The notes below the pieces were generated by a model. That model was not told the DNA's origin, ran no database searches, and saw nothing but the letters and a program-made list of their open reading frames with translations. A program made the translations under genes and the position numbers. 64,000 nucleotides of DNA from Alphaproteobacteria bacterium (GTDB lineage: Bacteria > Pseudomonadota > Alphaproteobacteria > MPNO01 > UBA830): positions 1,056,001 through 1,120,000 of the forward strand of contig OZ219791.1 in assembly GCA_964291215.2 (NCBI GenBank). The letters are read 5' to 3'. This document shows positions 45,177 through 55,337 of this stretch, piece after piece. How positions within the stretch are numbered: position 1 is the stretch's first letter; every line of letters begins with the position of its first letter.

Positions 45177-45935
45177 ATGGTTTTCCCAACGCAGAGGCAG
45201 GCATACGGGAGTGTCCGCGCCGTCGATCGCGCCGAGTTCGATGCCGGTCTGCGCGCGCACATGCTTCGGGTCTACAACTACATGGCGTCCGGATTGGCGC
45301 TCACCGGCATCTTCGCCGTGATTGTCTTCCAGATGTCCGTGGTTATGAACGCTACCGGACAGCCTGTCGCCTTCACCCAGTTCGGCCAGACCCTGTTCGG
45401 GACCGGCCTCAAATGGGTCGTCGTGCTTGCTCCGCTCGCTCTCGTGTTTTTCCTCAGCGCGCGGATCCATGCGATGAAATCGTCCACGGCCCAGGGGGTC
45501 TTCTGGGTCTATGCGGCGCTGATGGGGGTTTCGCTCGCGACCATCCTGTTCACCTTTACCTACGAGAGCATCGCACGGGTCTTCTTCATCTCCGCGGCGG
45601 CCTTCGCCGGCCTCAGCCTGTGGGGCTACACGACCAAGAAGGACCTGTCCGGCTGGGGCTCGTTCCTCATCATGGGGGTGATCGGAATCGTGATTGCCGC
45701 GGTGGTGAACATGTTTGTAGGCAGTTCTGCGCTGCAGTTCGCGATTTCGGTGATCGGCGTTCTCGTCTTCGCCGGGCTCACCGCCTACGACACGCAGAGC
45801 ATCAAGAACGAATACGCGGAGCGCTTCGACGCCGAGTCGAAGAACAAGCTGGCGATCTACGGTGCGCTCAAGCTCTATCTGGACTTCATCAACCTGTTCA
45901 TTATGCTCCTGTACCTGTTCGGCGAACGTCGCTGA
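45177..45935 (+). CDS. Bax inhibitor-1/YccA family protein
   Basis: Encodes DAGLRAHMLRVYNYMASGL, GYTTKKDLS, TAYDTQ and LYLDFINLF. Confidence 0.95.
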   Translation: MVFPTQRQAYGSVRAVDRAEFDAGLRAHMLRVYNYMASGLALTGIFAVIVFQMSVVMNATGQPVAFTQFGQTLFGTGLKWVVVLAPLALVFFLSARIHAMKSSTAQGVFWVYAALMGVSLATILFTFTYESIARVFFISAAAFAGLSLWGYTTKKDLSGWGSFLIMGVIGIVIAAVVNMFVGSSALQFAISVIGVLVFAGLTAYDTQSIKNEYAERFDAESKNKLAIYGALKLYLDFINLFIMLLYLFGERR

Positions 45936-46424
45936 GGGGCAGCACCTAGTGTTTTCCGGCCGGGCGCTTCGGCGCCCGGTTCGGTATGTGCCGGAATGCC
46001 GGCTCGCTGGCGAGCGGCCCGGTTTCTGGTACGGCGTGAACGCCTCCGGCGACGCCGCGCCCGAAACCGTGCGTGGTTCCCTCGTGGCGCCCGCCGAAGC
46101 AACCCGGGCATGACGAAAACACGCGCCGCCGGTCCCAGGCATCCGGCGAGATATGGATTCGTCGCGGAATGCTGCGCCGACCGTTGCTGACCGTCTCGCC
46201 CGCGGGTTGATGTGTCGATCCATCTGGAAGAACTCTCCCACAGGAAGCCGGTTCGCGATCCCGAATGGTGCCGCGCGCGCGCGGCGGGAAAGAGGGCATT
46301 TGTGTGATGCGCGGCACGAAGATGTCCATGCCGTCCGCCAAGGTCGCCGGACCGGCTGCGAAAAGGGCGCGCGGAGAGTTTGTACATTCGACGGTGCGCA
46401 ATAGCGCGGGACATCCGGGAGCTT

Positions 46425-47275
46425 CGAGGTCAGATCTTGAATTCACGATCGACTGGACCAATGCAGGCGCAACCGCGGAACCGGAACTCGCAGCGGCGAA
46501 AACCGCGCAGCGGTGCTCGAGTTGGGACATGCGCTGGAAGTGCTCGATCCGGAAGCGGCGATAGCGGCCATCGACCCGGAAAACCCGGGTCCAGACTCCC
46601 GCACCATAAGGAATGCCGTCATCCACGCTAGACGCAACGGTCTTCCCCTTGAGCATCTTTCCGATTTGTGTCGCGCGGCCCTCTGTGATGGCGGGGAAGA
46701 GCTTGCTCGTGGGCGCCCAGATTCCGGAGATGGCGGAGACCTCTAGGCGACAGGCGCGCCCTGGCACCCCCTGATCGAAGCGCAATTGCCGGCGCAGAAT
46801 GTGAGGCGGGCCTTGGGGTTCGGCACCGAGCCGCTTCCTGCCCTTGCGCCTATAAAGGAAGCGATCGGAGTAGACTCCCCGGGGAACTGGAGAAGATATC
46901 GTGGCCGATCCGCTTCGGCGCCGCGACAATGGTCGAAGGCGCGGTGGCTTGGGATGGCGGCGGCGCCCGGGTTTCGCGTTTCGCGCCGAGTATACGTGCG
47001 TAAAACGCCTCCTCTTCTGCCGGGCTCTTGCTGACGTGCTGACAGCGTACGCTCGGGCACGCCGATCACGAAAGCCCGTTCACCGTCGACAACGCAATTG
47101 GGCCTGTGACGCGGAGTTCCTAGCGCCGTTTTCAGGCTTGCCGGCAAGGGTGTCCTCGCTGTTCGTGGGAGAGGAGGAAATCCAGGGACTGGCGGAGTTG
47201 TTCGGCGTTTCTCCGTTTGTGATCAAGCGCCAGATCGAAGATCACGATGTCGCCAAGGTCTGGCTGGGCGGCTGA
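46425..47275 (+). pseudogene. Degraded protein with an ImmA/IrrE-like C-terminus
   Basis: N-terminal SDLEFTIDW..PELAA and C-terminal FCRALADVL...RQRN...AEFLAP...LAELFGVSPFVIKRQIEDH, with several frame breaks. Confidence 0.5.
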
Positions 47276-47560
47276 GGACGGCTGGACCGACAGTCCGAAC
47301 CAAACTGACGGCTGTGTGCCTGCATGTCCGGGTCGCCAATCGTGTCGAAACATTTGCAGGCCAGAAATCGCGTCGACACCGGTCGACCTTCGCAGACCCG
47401 GTTGTGGGCAACTGTCTCATGCTTGCTGAAGAAATTCTGTCATCAGCGTTGTCGCGCCGTATGCTTTGGCCATGCGTTGAGCATAGTGTGGGCCAGCAGG
47501 CTTCGTGCTGCTGGATATGTTGGAATCTGAGCGCGAGGCATTGCAAATATTAGTAATAGG

Positions 47561-48520
47561 GTAACTGCTCACCCCCTGGTTCCGGCTTGATGTCGGGGTA
47601 GAGCAACGAACGGGTTTTCGCGGAGATTTGACATTGCAGTCCGATTCGTTCAGTGACGGTCATCGAGAACGACGGGGACCGTCAGCGGACTACTTTGGAT
47701 CGAAGGCGACGATCGGGCTGTGCCAGCTGCTTCCGGGGCTCCAGCCCCCGCATGATCTGTATGTGGAAACGCATCCGGGAGGCGGTGCGCTGATGAAGCG
47801 CAAGGCGCCGGCGCTGTGCTCTATCGGGATCGACCGGCGAGCGCTGGACGGGTTCGGGTGCGACTATCCGGTGGAACTGATCCACGGCTGCGCCCACGCG
47901 TTCCTGGCCGGCCTTGCGTTCCGGGGCACGGAACTGGTCTGCAGTGATCCCTGCAGGCGACCCGCCGGTCGAAGCGGCGGTACCGCCACGACTACACCGA
48001 AGCCGACCATCCTGCTGGAGAAGACGACCCGCAAGACCGGCGCCAACTCCGGCCTTGCGCCGTCGCGGACGGACAAGGACGAGCGGCGCAAGGGCGCCAG
48101 CGGCAAGGGCCCGAAGCCGAACCTGCAGACGGGCGACAACCTCCGGAAGACCGTCATCGAGGAGACGGTCGCCGTCGAGGCCTGCGGCGCCGACGGCGTC
48201 GAGGCTGTCGACCGGGAGCGTCGCACGACATCGTCTTCGAGGTCATCGAGCGCCGCGTCGACGCCGAGGTCAAGGAGTGCCGGACCCGGGGGCGGTTTCC
48301 CGAGACCATGCCCGGACCGCTGCAGTACGGCGTCGATCTGCAGGCCTTCGTCATCAACCTGCCGGTCGCCCAAATGCTGTCCCTGCGCCGGGCCGTCGCG
48401 CTGGTGCAGGCGATCTCCGGGCTCAGGCTCTCCGAGGCCACCTGCCTCGGCTACGTCAGGCGCCTGCATGACGCGCTGCACTCCAGGCCGCCATCGCCGA
48501 GCTGCTGGAACGCCCGGCGG
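47561..48520 (+). mobile_element. IS66-family element, subfamily B, 3'-truncated, with the longest methyltransferase remnant
   Basis: Left TIR at 47561. The transposase part 48010-48512 is nearly identical to 9010-9475. Confidence 0.88.
47685..48010 (+). pseudogene. Dam/D12-class N6-adenine DNA methyltransferase remnant (IS cargo)
   Basis: Encodes YFGSKA, PPHDLYVETHPGGGALM (motif I-like), IGID, ELVCSDP (eroded DPPY) and YRHDYTEADH. Confidence 0.75.
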
Positions 48521-49047
48521 CTTTCAACCTGACACTATTGAATGCGTTGATTTCTGCATATCGTGTTCCCGCATTTTTCGGTAATTTTCGACGGAGTAGA
48601 GGAGGAATTGGTATCCCTGCAAGAGTTTCTCGGTTCCCGGCAGGGGTTGGCGCTCTCTGGGGATGAAGCCTGCCAGGCGTGCGACCTCGACGACGAAGGC
48701 TTCGATGGTAGGTTCGGGATCGGGAGGTCCACGCGGTTGGCGTCGTCTGACGGGCTTGTGGATGTTCAGGACCGTGATCTCGTCGCGGTGGACGATGCGG
48801 CTGGCTGGCGTGCGAGACGCTCGACGGTCATGACGCGGCATGCGGTGATCGCGTCGAAGGCCGGACACTTCCTCAGGTCGTAGGCCTGGCCGGCCCTCGA
48901 TCCGTGTGCCGACCTTCAGGGCCTTGAAGTATTCTTCAATCAGCCATCGCCTTTCGTGGAAGGAGACGGTGTCGAGGGCAGCGGTGACGTCGCCTTCGGT
49001 GGTGAGCAGCATCCGGCCAAGGGGATCTGCCGGTGGGCCGGGTTCCG
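48521..49047 (-). mobile_element. IS4-family 3' remnant (second copy of 1930-2486)
   Basis: Encodes RRWLIEEYFKALKVGTRIE and VARLAGFIPRERQPLPGTEKL. Confidence 0.85.
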
Positions 49048-52000
49048 GTGTGCCAGGCGAACTGGCAGAAGGTAGGGGGTGAAAGTCCCCTGTAACGAAG
49101 GAGTAACCAAACCGCGTTTGTATCTACTCACCCCTTGTTGGGTTCTGATTGGCCATAGTGCTCGTTGATGATGTCTGCGGCTTTTCCGTCGAGGGTGATC
49201 TGGGTGGCGACGAGTGGGTTGTAGCCGAGTGCGGCCATGGAGGTGAGGTAGCTTGAGCCCCGGCACCATGCTTTTGCGTGGAGCGGAAGCATCCGGACAC
49301 CTTGACCTTTGCCATCCTGATCTTCTGTTCTCCGGCATTGTTGGTGAAGCTGACGTTGGGGTCGTCTGTGAAGCGCAGGTTTTCGTGTTTCACGAGACGT
49401 TCGTGCAGGTTGTGCGCGTCGGACTTGCGTCCACGTTTTCCTTTCGTCGGCGGCGGGATGTCGGGCAGTTCCCTGGCGCCCTGATGGTGCGGTAGCGCTT
49501 GCGCCCGGCGTCGTTCAGGGTTTTGGATGCGCTCTTGTTGACCTTGTGGCAGATCTCGCGGAGCAGGCTCTTCATCAGTCGCGCCCAGCGGTAGCCTCGA
49601 CGACGAAGGTCAGTTCGCGCAGCAGGTGGCTGCCGCATAGCTGGTGGCTACACTGCCATGTACGAGGCCCAGGACGCCCTTGTAGCACGGGCCGATCTCT
49701 TGCCCGCGCTTGCGGTGCGGGAACTTGCACGTCCCGACGACATGGAGCCACTTGCTGTTGATCCGAAATCGTCGACATCGGGCGTTGCAGGAGGTGCGCC
49801 ACGGCGGCCTCCTCCCATGACGCATCGTGAAAGCATGGCCGAGGCCTCGGAGAGCTTGATGCCGGAGACCGCCTGCACGAGCGCGACGGCGCAGGGACAG
49901 CATTTGGGCGACCAGCAGGGACGAGGGCCTGGATGCCGTACTGCACGGGATGTTGTCGGGGAACCGGGCCTTGCACTTCGGGCATTCCTTGATCTCGGCG
50001 CGGCGCGACCTCGAACACGATGTCGTGCGGCGCTCGACGGGGTCGACGCCGTCGGCGCCGCAGGCATCGACGGCGACCGTCTCCTCGACGATGGTCTTGC
50101 GCAGGTTGTCGCCCATCTGCTGGTTCGGCTTCGGGCCCTTGCTCCCGGCACGCTCTTGTCCGTCTGTGACGGCGGCAGACCGGAGTTCCGGCTCGTGCCG
50201 GCTCGTGCGTGGTCTTCTCCAGAAGGACGACGATGAGGATGTCGAGCAGGATGACGAAGACGCGGATCACGGCCTCTTCCGACACCTTGCCGGCAGCGCC
50301 GCGGTCCTGGCCGCTTCGAACTCCTTGCGCGCCGCCCGTCGCCATCACCCGGCCTCGACGGTCGCCGCGAGCATCGCCTGGCGCTCGCCCGGCGGCATCT
50401 TCCGGTACTCCGCCGCTCGGCCTTGCGCTTCATCAGCGCGTTGCTTCCGAGATGCGTTTCCACATACAGATCATGCGGGGGCTGGAGCCCCGGAAGCAGC
50501 TGGCACAGCCCGCTCGTCGCCTTCGATCCAAAGTAGCCCACTGGCGGTCCCCGTCGTTCTCGATGACCACCACTAAACGAATCGGCCTGCAGTGTCAAAT
50601 CTCCACGAAAACCCGTTCGTTACTCTACCCCGACATCAAGCCGGAACCAGGGGGTGAGCAGTTACCCGCGTTTTTCCGCGAGCGTCGGTTCCCGCGAGGG
50701 GGCAGGCGAAGCGTCGGTAGCGGGGCTGATGAGCACCGAAAAGACCATGATTCGGGGTGCCGAGGCTCGGTCGAAGTCAACATCGCAGGCATTGCTATGG
50801 TGAGATGAACTCCGCGGTGTCAGAGAACCCGTCCGCACGCCTGGAACCCCGGGAGGTCTTCGAACTATCCCGCCTGTCGGGACCGTGCAGGGAAAGGAGA
50901 AAGCCTGTGAGGAACGGTTTGAAGAAGGGGGCCTGTGAAGGCGGCGAACAAGGGAGCTTCTGCGGAGCCGCTGGAGGAAAGGGCCTCAACCAAGGGGAAT
51001 CCGGGACGCCAAAGCACGCACCGAACGCAGTGTCGGGTGCCACAGGCGGCGGACCGGAGCTGCAGAGAGGAACCCGAAGGAGCGTGCACTCTTCCATCAC
51101 GCCGGATGCGCTTCGGGCGGCCGGTCTGAAGAAGGAAGCCTCGGCAGGTGTCGACGGCGAGGGTCTGGACGAGCGCTTGCTCGATCTGCACTCGCGCCTG
51201 CATCGTGGGGGAGCGTACCGAGCGTCGCCGGCGGGTTGAGATACCGGGATACGACCGCTTGCCGCACTGGAGGATAAGATCGTTCAGAAGGCGGTTGTGG
51301 ATGTGATCCTGACACCGATTCATGAGGTAGAGTTTCTTGGCTACGGGTTCCGACGGAGGGGCGCTCTCGACGCCTTGGCGTCGAGCGGCGCAAGGTCAAC
51401 TGGATAGCCGACGCGGACATTCAGGCGTACTTCGACACGGGGATCGGTTGATCGCGTTCCTGGAGCATCGCGACAGGCGGGTGCTGATACGCAAATGGCT
51501 GAACGCTGGCGTCCATGGAGCGACATCGGTGCGGGCACGCCTCAGGGTGCCAGCCCCTGCGAACGTGTTTCTGCACTATGTGCTCGATCTGTGGTTTCAC
51601 AAGGCGTCCGAAGGTTCCGGATGGGCAAGCGATCATTATCCGGGACGATATTGTGGTCGGGTTCCAGCGGGATACGTAGACATACCTTCGCGACGTTCGA
51701 GAGAGGCCGCTTTGGTCTCACCCTTCACCCGGACAATCGTCGAGTTTGGACGGTTTGCCAAGGCGAGCTCGCGGGGCGGGTTCGACTTCCTGGGCTTCAC
51801 GCACTTCTGCAGGGAGACCCGGAGAGGACGCTTCAGGCTCGGTCGCAAAACGGGTCGCCGCATCGAGGAGGTGCTTCGCAATCGACGGCATCACGACATA
51901 TGGGAGGTCGGCGGGTCTGTCAAGGCTGGTTCAACTACTTCGCCGTCCCGGGCCGGTGGCTGCGCACGTTCCGCCACAGGCTGCAACGCCTGTGGATGCG

Positions 52001-52196
52001 AGCGATCCGCCGCCGCTCCCGGCGCCACCGTTTTGACTGGAAGCGATTGGAGCGCATGACCGAGCCTCTTTGGCCGCCCATCTGCCACCCATGGCCGGAC
52101 CAGCGGTTTACCGTCAAGCACCCGAGGCCGGATAGACTGGCGTCCAGGTCCGGATCTGTGCGGGGGGTGCGCAGCAATGCGCATCTCTACCGCAAC
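49048..52196 (+). mobile_element. ltrA: Group II intron 2 (same family as intron 1), interrupted by IS66
   Basis: Starts gtgtgccaggcgaac at 49048 and ends ...gcatctctaccgcaac at 52196. Colinear with 7289-8872 once the IS66 and one TSD are removed. Confidence 0.92.
49120..50665 (-). mobile_element. IS66-family MTase-carrying element (1546 bp)
   Basis: TIRs intact, with an 8-bp TSD ccgcgttt at 49112-49119 and 50666-50673. Confidence 0.95.
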
Positions 52197-54223
52197 TTCG
52201 GGCCAGTTGGGTTAGGGCGGCGATGCGCCAGGCGATCACCGCGTTGATCGCCACCGCCCGTTCGATGCGCCCCCCCGGTTCGATGTGCGATCGTTTCCAC
52301 CTTGCATCCCGACTTCAGGATCCGGTGCCAGTCCTCGATCCGCCACCTCAACCCGTAGAGCCGCACCACGTCGCGAGCCTGGTGCAGGCTCGCGACAGGC
52401 AGCGTCGTGAGCAGGACCCACGAGACCGGTTCCGACCCGTCGTCGGGCATGTCCACCTCCTCGGCGTGGACCGCGGTCAGCACCACCGGCTCCGGCCCGA
52501 AGCGCGCCCTCTCGCCCGCAGGCGGCGGGATCTCGAGTATCAGCCAGCGCAGGCTCACCCCGGCGCCTCGCCCGCCCGGCGAAGGCCTGCTGCGCCCCTG
52601 TGCCGCGCCGACAGCCGCTCCACCGTGGTCGAGAACCGTCCGCCCTCCGGAGCCGCGCGCACACGCTCGAACAGCCAGCCGCGGCCGAAGCTGCGGTCAT
52701 GTCGCGCCCGCACCAGCAGCGCCAGCCGGCGGTAGCCCGCCGCACTGTGCTCGTGGAGTACGTCGAACATATCACCCTCGCGGTCCATCACCGCGACCGC
52801 CTTCACCCCGTCCAGTTCCTTCGTCGCCGCGATGCTGTGGCGAAGGTCGCGCAGCCACCGTTGCGCTCCTCGACCGGACGGTCCTTGTCCGTCCCGCCGT
52901 CCGGGGCGCCGAACTCGAGGTTGACAACACCCGGCGGAACCCCGTCGCCGCTCACGGCGAAGGTCGTGTGCAGGCCCGATGTCCCCGAAGACCCCTTGTT
53001 GCGGCCGATCGTCCCGAGACCCTCGCAGCCCTGGCGGGTCGCGAAGCTCAGGCAATCCTGCACCAGAAGCGACGGCGCCTGGCCCTGCATCTGCCGCAGC
53101 GTCCGCTCGCGATGGCCCCCGATGATGGTGGACGCACAGACCGCGTCGCAGTCCGGATGCTCGATCATCCTGCAGTACCCCTTCACCGCCGCCTCGCAGC
53201 CGGCCGCCGCCGCGAAGAACGTCTTCGTCGGCGACCGGGCCTGAACCTCCGCACAAGCCGTTGCGTCAGGCGGGCGTCTCCCAACGGCGCGGCACCGAAT
53301 TTGTTCTCCGCCGCGCTGTCAAGACCGTCCCCGGGCGCCAGAACGCGCCGCGCCTTCAAGCAGGTGTCCCGGTCCGCCGTCAGCGGCAGGACCAGGATGC
53401 GCTTCGCCGGTTCCGCCACGAAACCGGCGCCCGGAAGTCTCACCGACACAGCGCCAGCCGGCCGCCAGGAAGCAGCTGCCCCGGTACGCAACAAAGGTCT
53501 CGGCCAGAACTGGACGGATGCCACAGGCCGCCGCAAAGTCCCCGACCACGCGCCGGACCGCCATGCCCGGGACCCGCGACGCAAGACAACGCACGGAAAC
53601 CGACGGACGGATCAGGAACCGCGCCAGGCCGATCACCCCGTCGAGATGCGGCTTGCATCATCCCGGCCAGGCCAAGCATCCCGTGCCGCCAGGACCCGCG
53701 TCGCAGGAGCAAACAGGAACCCGCCAGCCGTGCAACGACCCGATCAGATAACGCAACTGACGGCCGACGTGAAGCCGGGCGCTGCGCGGATGCTCCGATG
53801 CCATCAGCTCGTTGAACACCGGACGAAGCTCCGATCCCTCCGACCCGGACAAGCTCAAGGCCCCGCGCTGGCCGGCAGGCCCACAGGCTCGGGAACTGCC
53901 ACCTCCCTGCGGGCAACGGTCCCGCGGCCGCCGCTACGGCGGGGCGAAGGAAGAACGATCTTGTCCGCCCGCTTAAGGCGGCGAAGGGCGGCAAGGCAAC
54001 TCGTGACCTGCGGTCGCCCGCGAAGGCCAACAAAGCCGAACGCATCGCATATCCTGCGGCCGATCTCGGCCCGTGAGACTTCCGGCTGTGCCAGAATCCG
54101 CAACAGCTTCTTCATGCCTTCCGCCGAGGAAAGCGCACTCGGAATCGAAACAGGACCATCCATGCGCACCACGATAGCGCGAACAAATCAGCGAGTTAGG
54201 AGGAAAATGTGTCCTATGGGCAG
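52197..54223 (-). mobile_element. DUF4338-IS4 (Tn5-like) fusion transposase element, degraded
   Basis: Left end ctgcccataggacacattt. DUF4338 fragments FNELMASEHP..VGRQLRYLI and VLAETFV..GSCFLAAGWRCVGETSGR are followed by IS4 motifs FGAAPLGDARLTQRLV, VMDREGD, WVLLTT and RWRIEDWHRILKSGC. Confidence 0.85.
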
Positions 54224-54243
54224 GGCGCGCCAGCGCCGCGAAC

Positions 54244-55293
54244 TCACTCCGCGGCTTGGGCCACCGCCGGGTTGTTTTCCTCGGCAATCATCCTGTCGAG
54301 GTTGCGTATCGCCTGCAGCCCGCCGCCGTCGTGGTTGATGTCGACGCGAGAGAGGGTGGTTCCGCTGTCGACGTTCTCCTGCTGCAGCCCGATAATCCAG
54401 AGGTCCTCGAGGAAGGCCTCGTGGATGTTCTGCACCAAAAGGTCCGTGATCCACGGCTCGTCGATCCGGAAATCGTGTGCCTGGGCCCAGAAATAGTGCG
54501 TCGTCTTCTCGGTCTCGGGCGTGATCGCGTTGAGGTTGCGCATCGTGAAGCCCTGCGACCTGTCGCCGTCGACCGCGCCGGTATTCGCGCGCGCCGCGCC
54601 GATGTCCAGTCTGACGAATGCCGGCGGCGTCCAGGTGATGTGCTGCCAGCGGTCGACATGCTCTCCGGGCGTGAAGCTGCCGGCCTTCTGGAAGAATGGC
54701 GGGGGCAGCGAGTCCATGATCCAGCGGGTGACGGTGACGTGGCGGTCGCTGCGGTCGAACCGCATCGGCGTCTCGGCGACCGCGTCGGTGCCAAGCGTTG
54801 TCTTGTGGATGAAGCTCAAATGGGAAAGGTCGAGGAGGTTCTCGACCAGCAGCTTGTAGTTCGCCTTGAGGTGCATCAGCTCGCCCTTGGCGCGCCACTC
54901 GGGATGGTCCATCCAGTGGAAATCCTCGATGTCGTCGGGATTGGCGAGCGCAGGATCGCCCATCCACACCCAGATCCACTGGTAGCGCTCGACCACGGGG
55001 TAGGAATGCACGCGGCAGTTTGGTGGGACCGCTGACTGCCCGGGCACCCGGATGCACTCCCCGTTGGCATTGTAGGTGAGGCCGTGATAGGGGCATTCGA
55101 CCGCGTCCCCGACTAGTTGCCCCGCGGACAGCGGCGCATGGCGGTGCGCGCACTTGTCGGCAAGGGCGACTGGGGTTCCGTCCTCCTGCCGCCAGAACAT
55201 GACAGGTTCGTTCAGAAGCGTGCGCCGAAGAAGGTTCTGGCGGCCGACTTCCGTGCCCCAGGCACCGACATACCACGCATTCCGCAAGAACAT
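54244..55293 (-). CDS. Rieske oxygenase alpha subunit (VanA/O-demethylase-like)
   Basis: Encodes MFLRNAWY, CAHRHAPLS...CPYHG and ENLLDLSHLSFIH. Confidence 0.93.
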   Translation of the reverse strand: MFLRNAWYVGAWGTEVGRQNLLRRTLLNEPVMFWRQEDGTPVALADKCAHRHAPLSAGQLVGDAVECPYHGLTYNANGECIRVPGQSAVPPNCRVHSYPVVERYQWIWVWMGDPALANPDDIEDFHWMDHPEWRAKGELMHLKANYKLLVENLLDLSHLSFIHKTTLGTDAVAETPMRFDRSDRHVTVTRWIMDSLPPPFFQKAGSFTPGEHVDRWQHITWTPPAFVRLDIGAARANTGAVDGDRSQGFTMRNLNAITPETEKTTHYFWAQAHDFRIDEPWITDLLVQNIHEAFLEDLWIIGLQQENVDSGTTLSRVDINHDGGGLQAIRNLDRMIAEENNPAVAQAAE

Positions 55294-55337
55294 GAGGTTT
55301 CTCCCAAAACCGTTTACCGTGCCGCTAGTCTAGCCGA

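Noticed and set aside
52407-54338. 643-aa plus-strand ORF (also 44217..46241 minus, 59894..61870 minus and 61371..63029 minus)
   Set aside because: These are Arg/Pro/Ala-rich shadow frames, largely antisense to recognisable genes, and are expected at this GC content.
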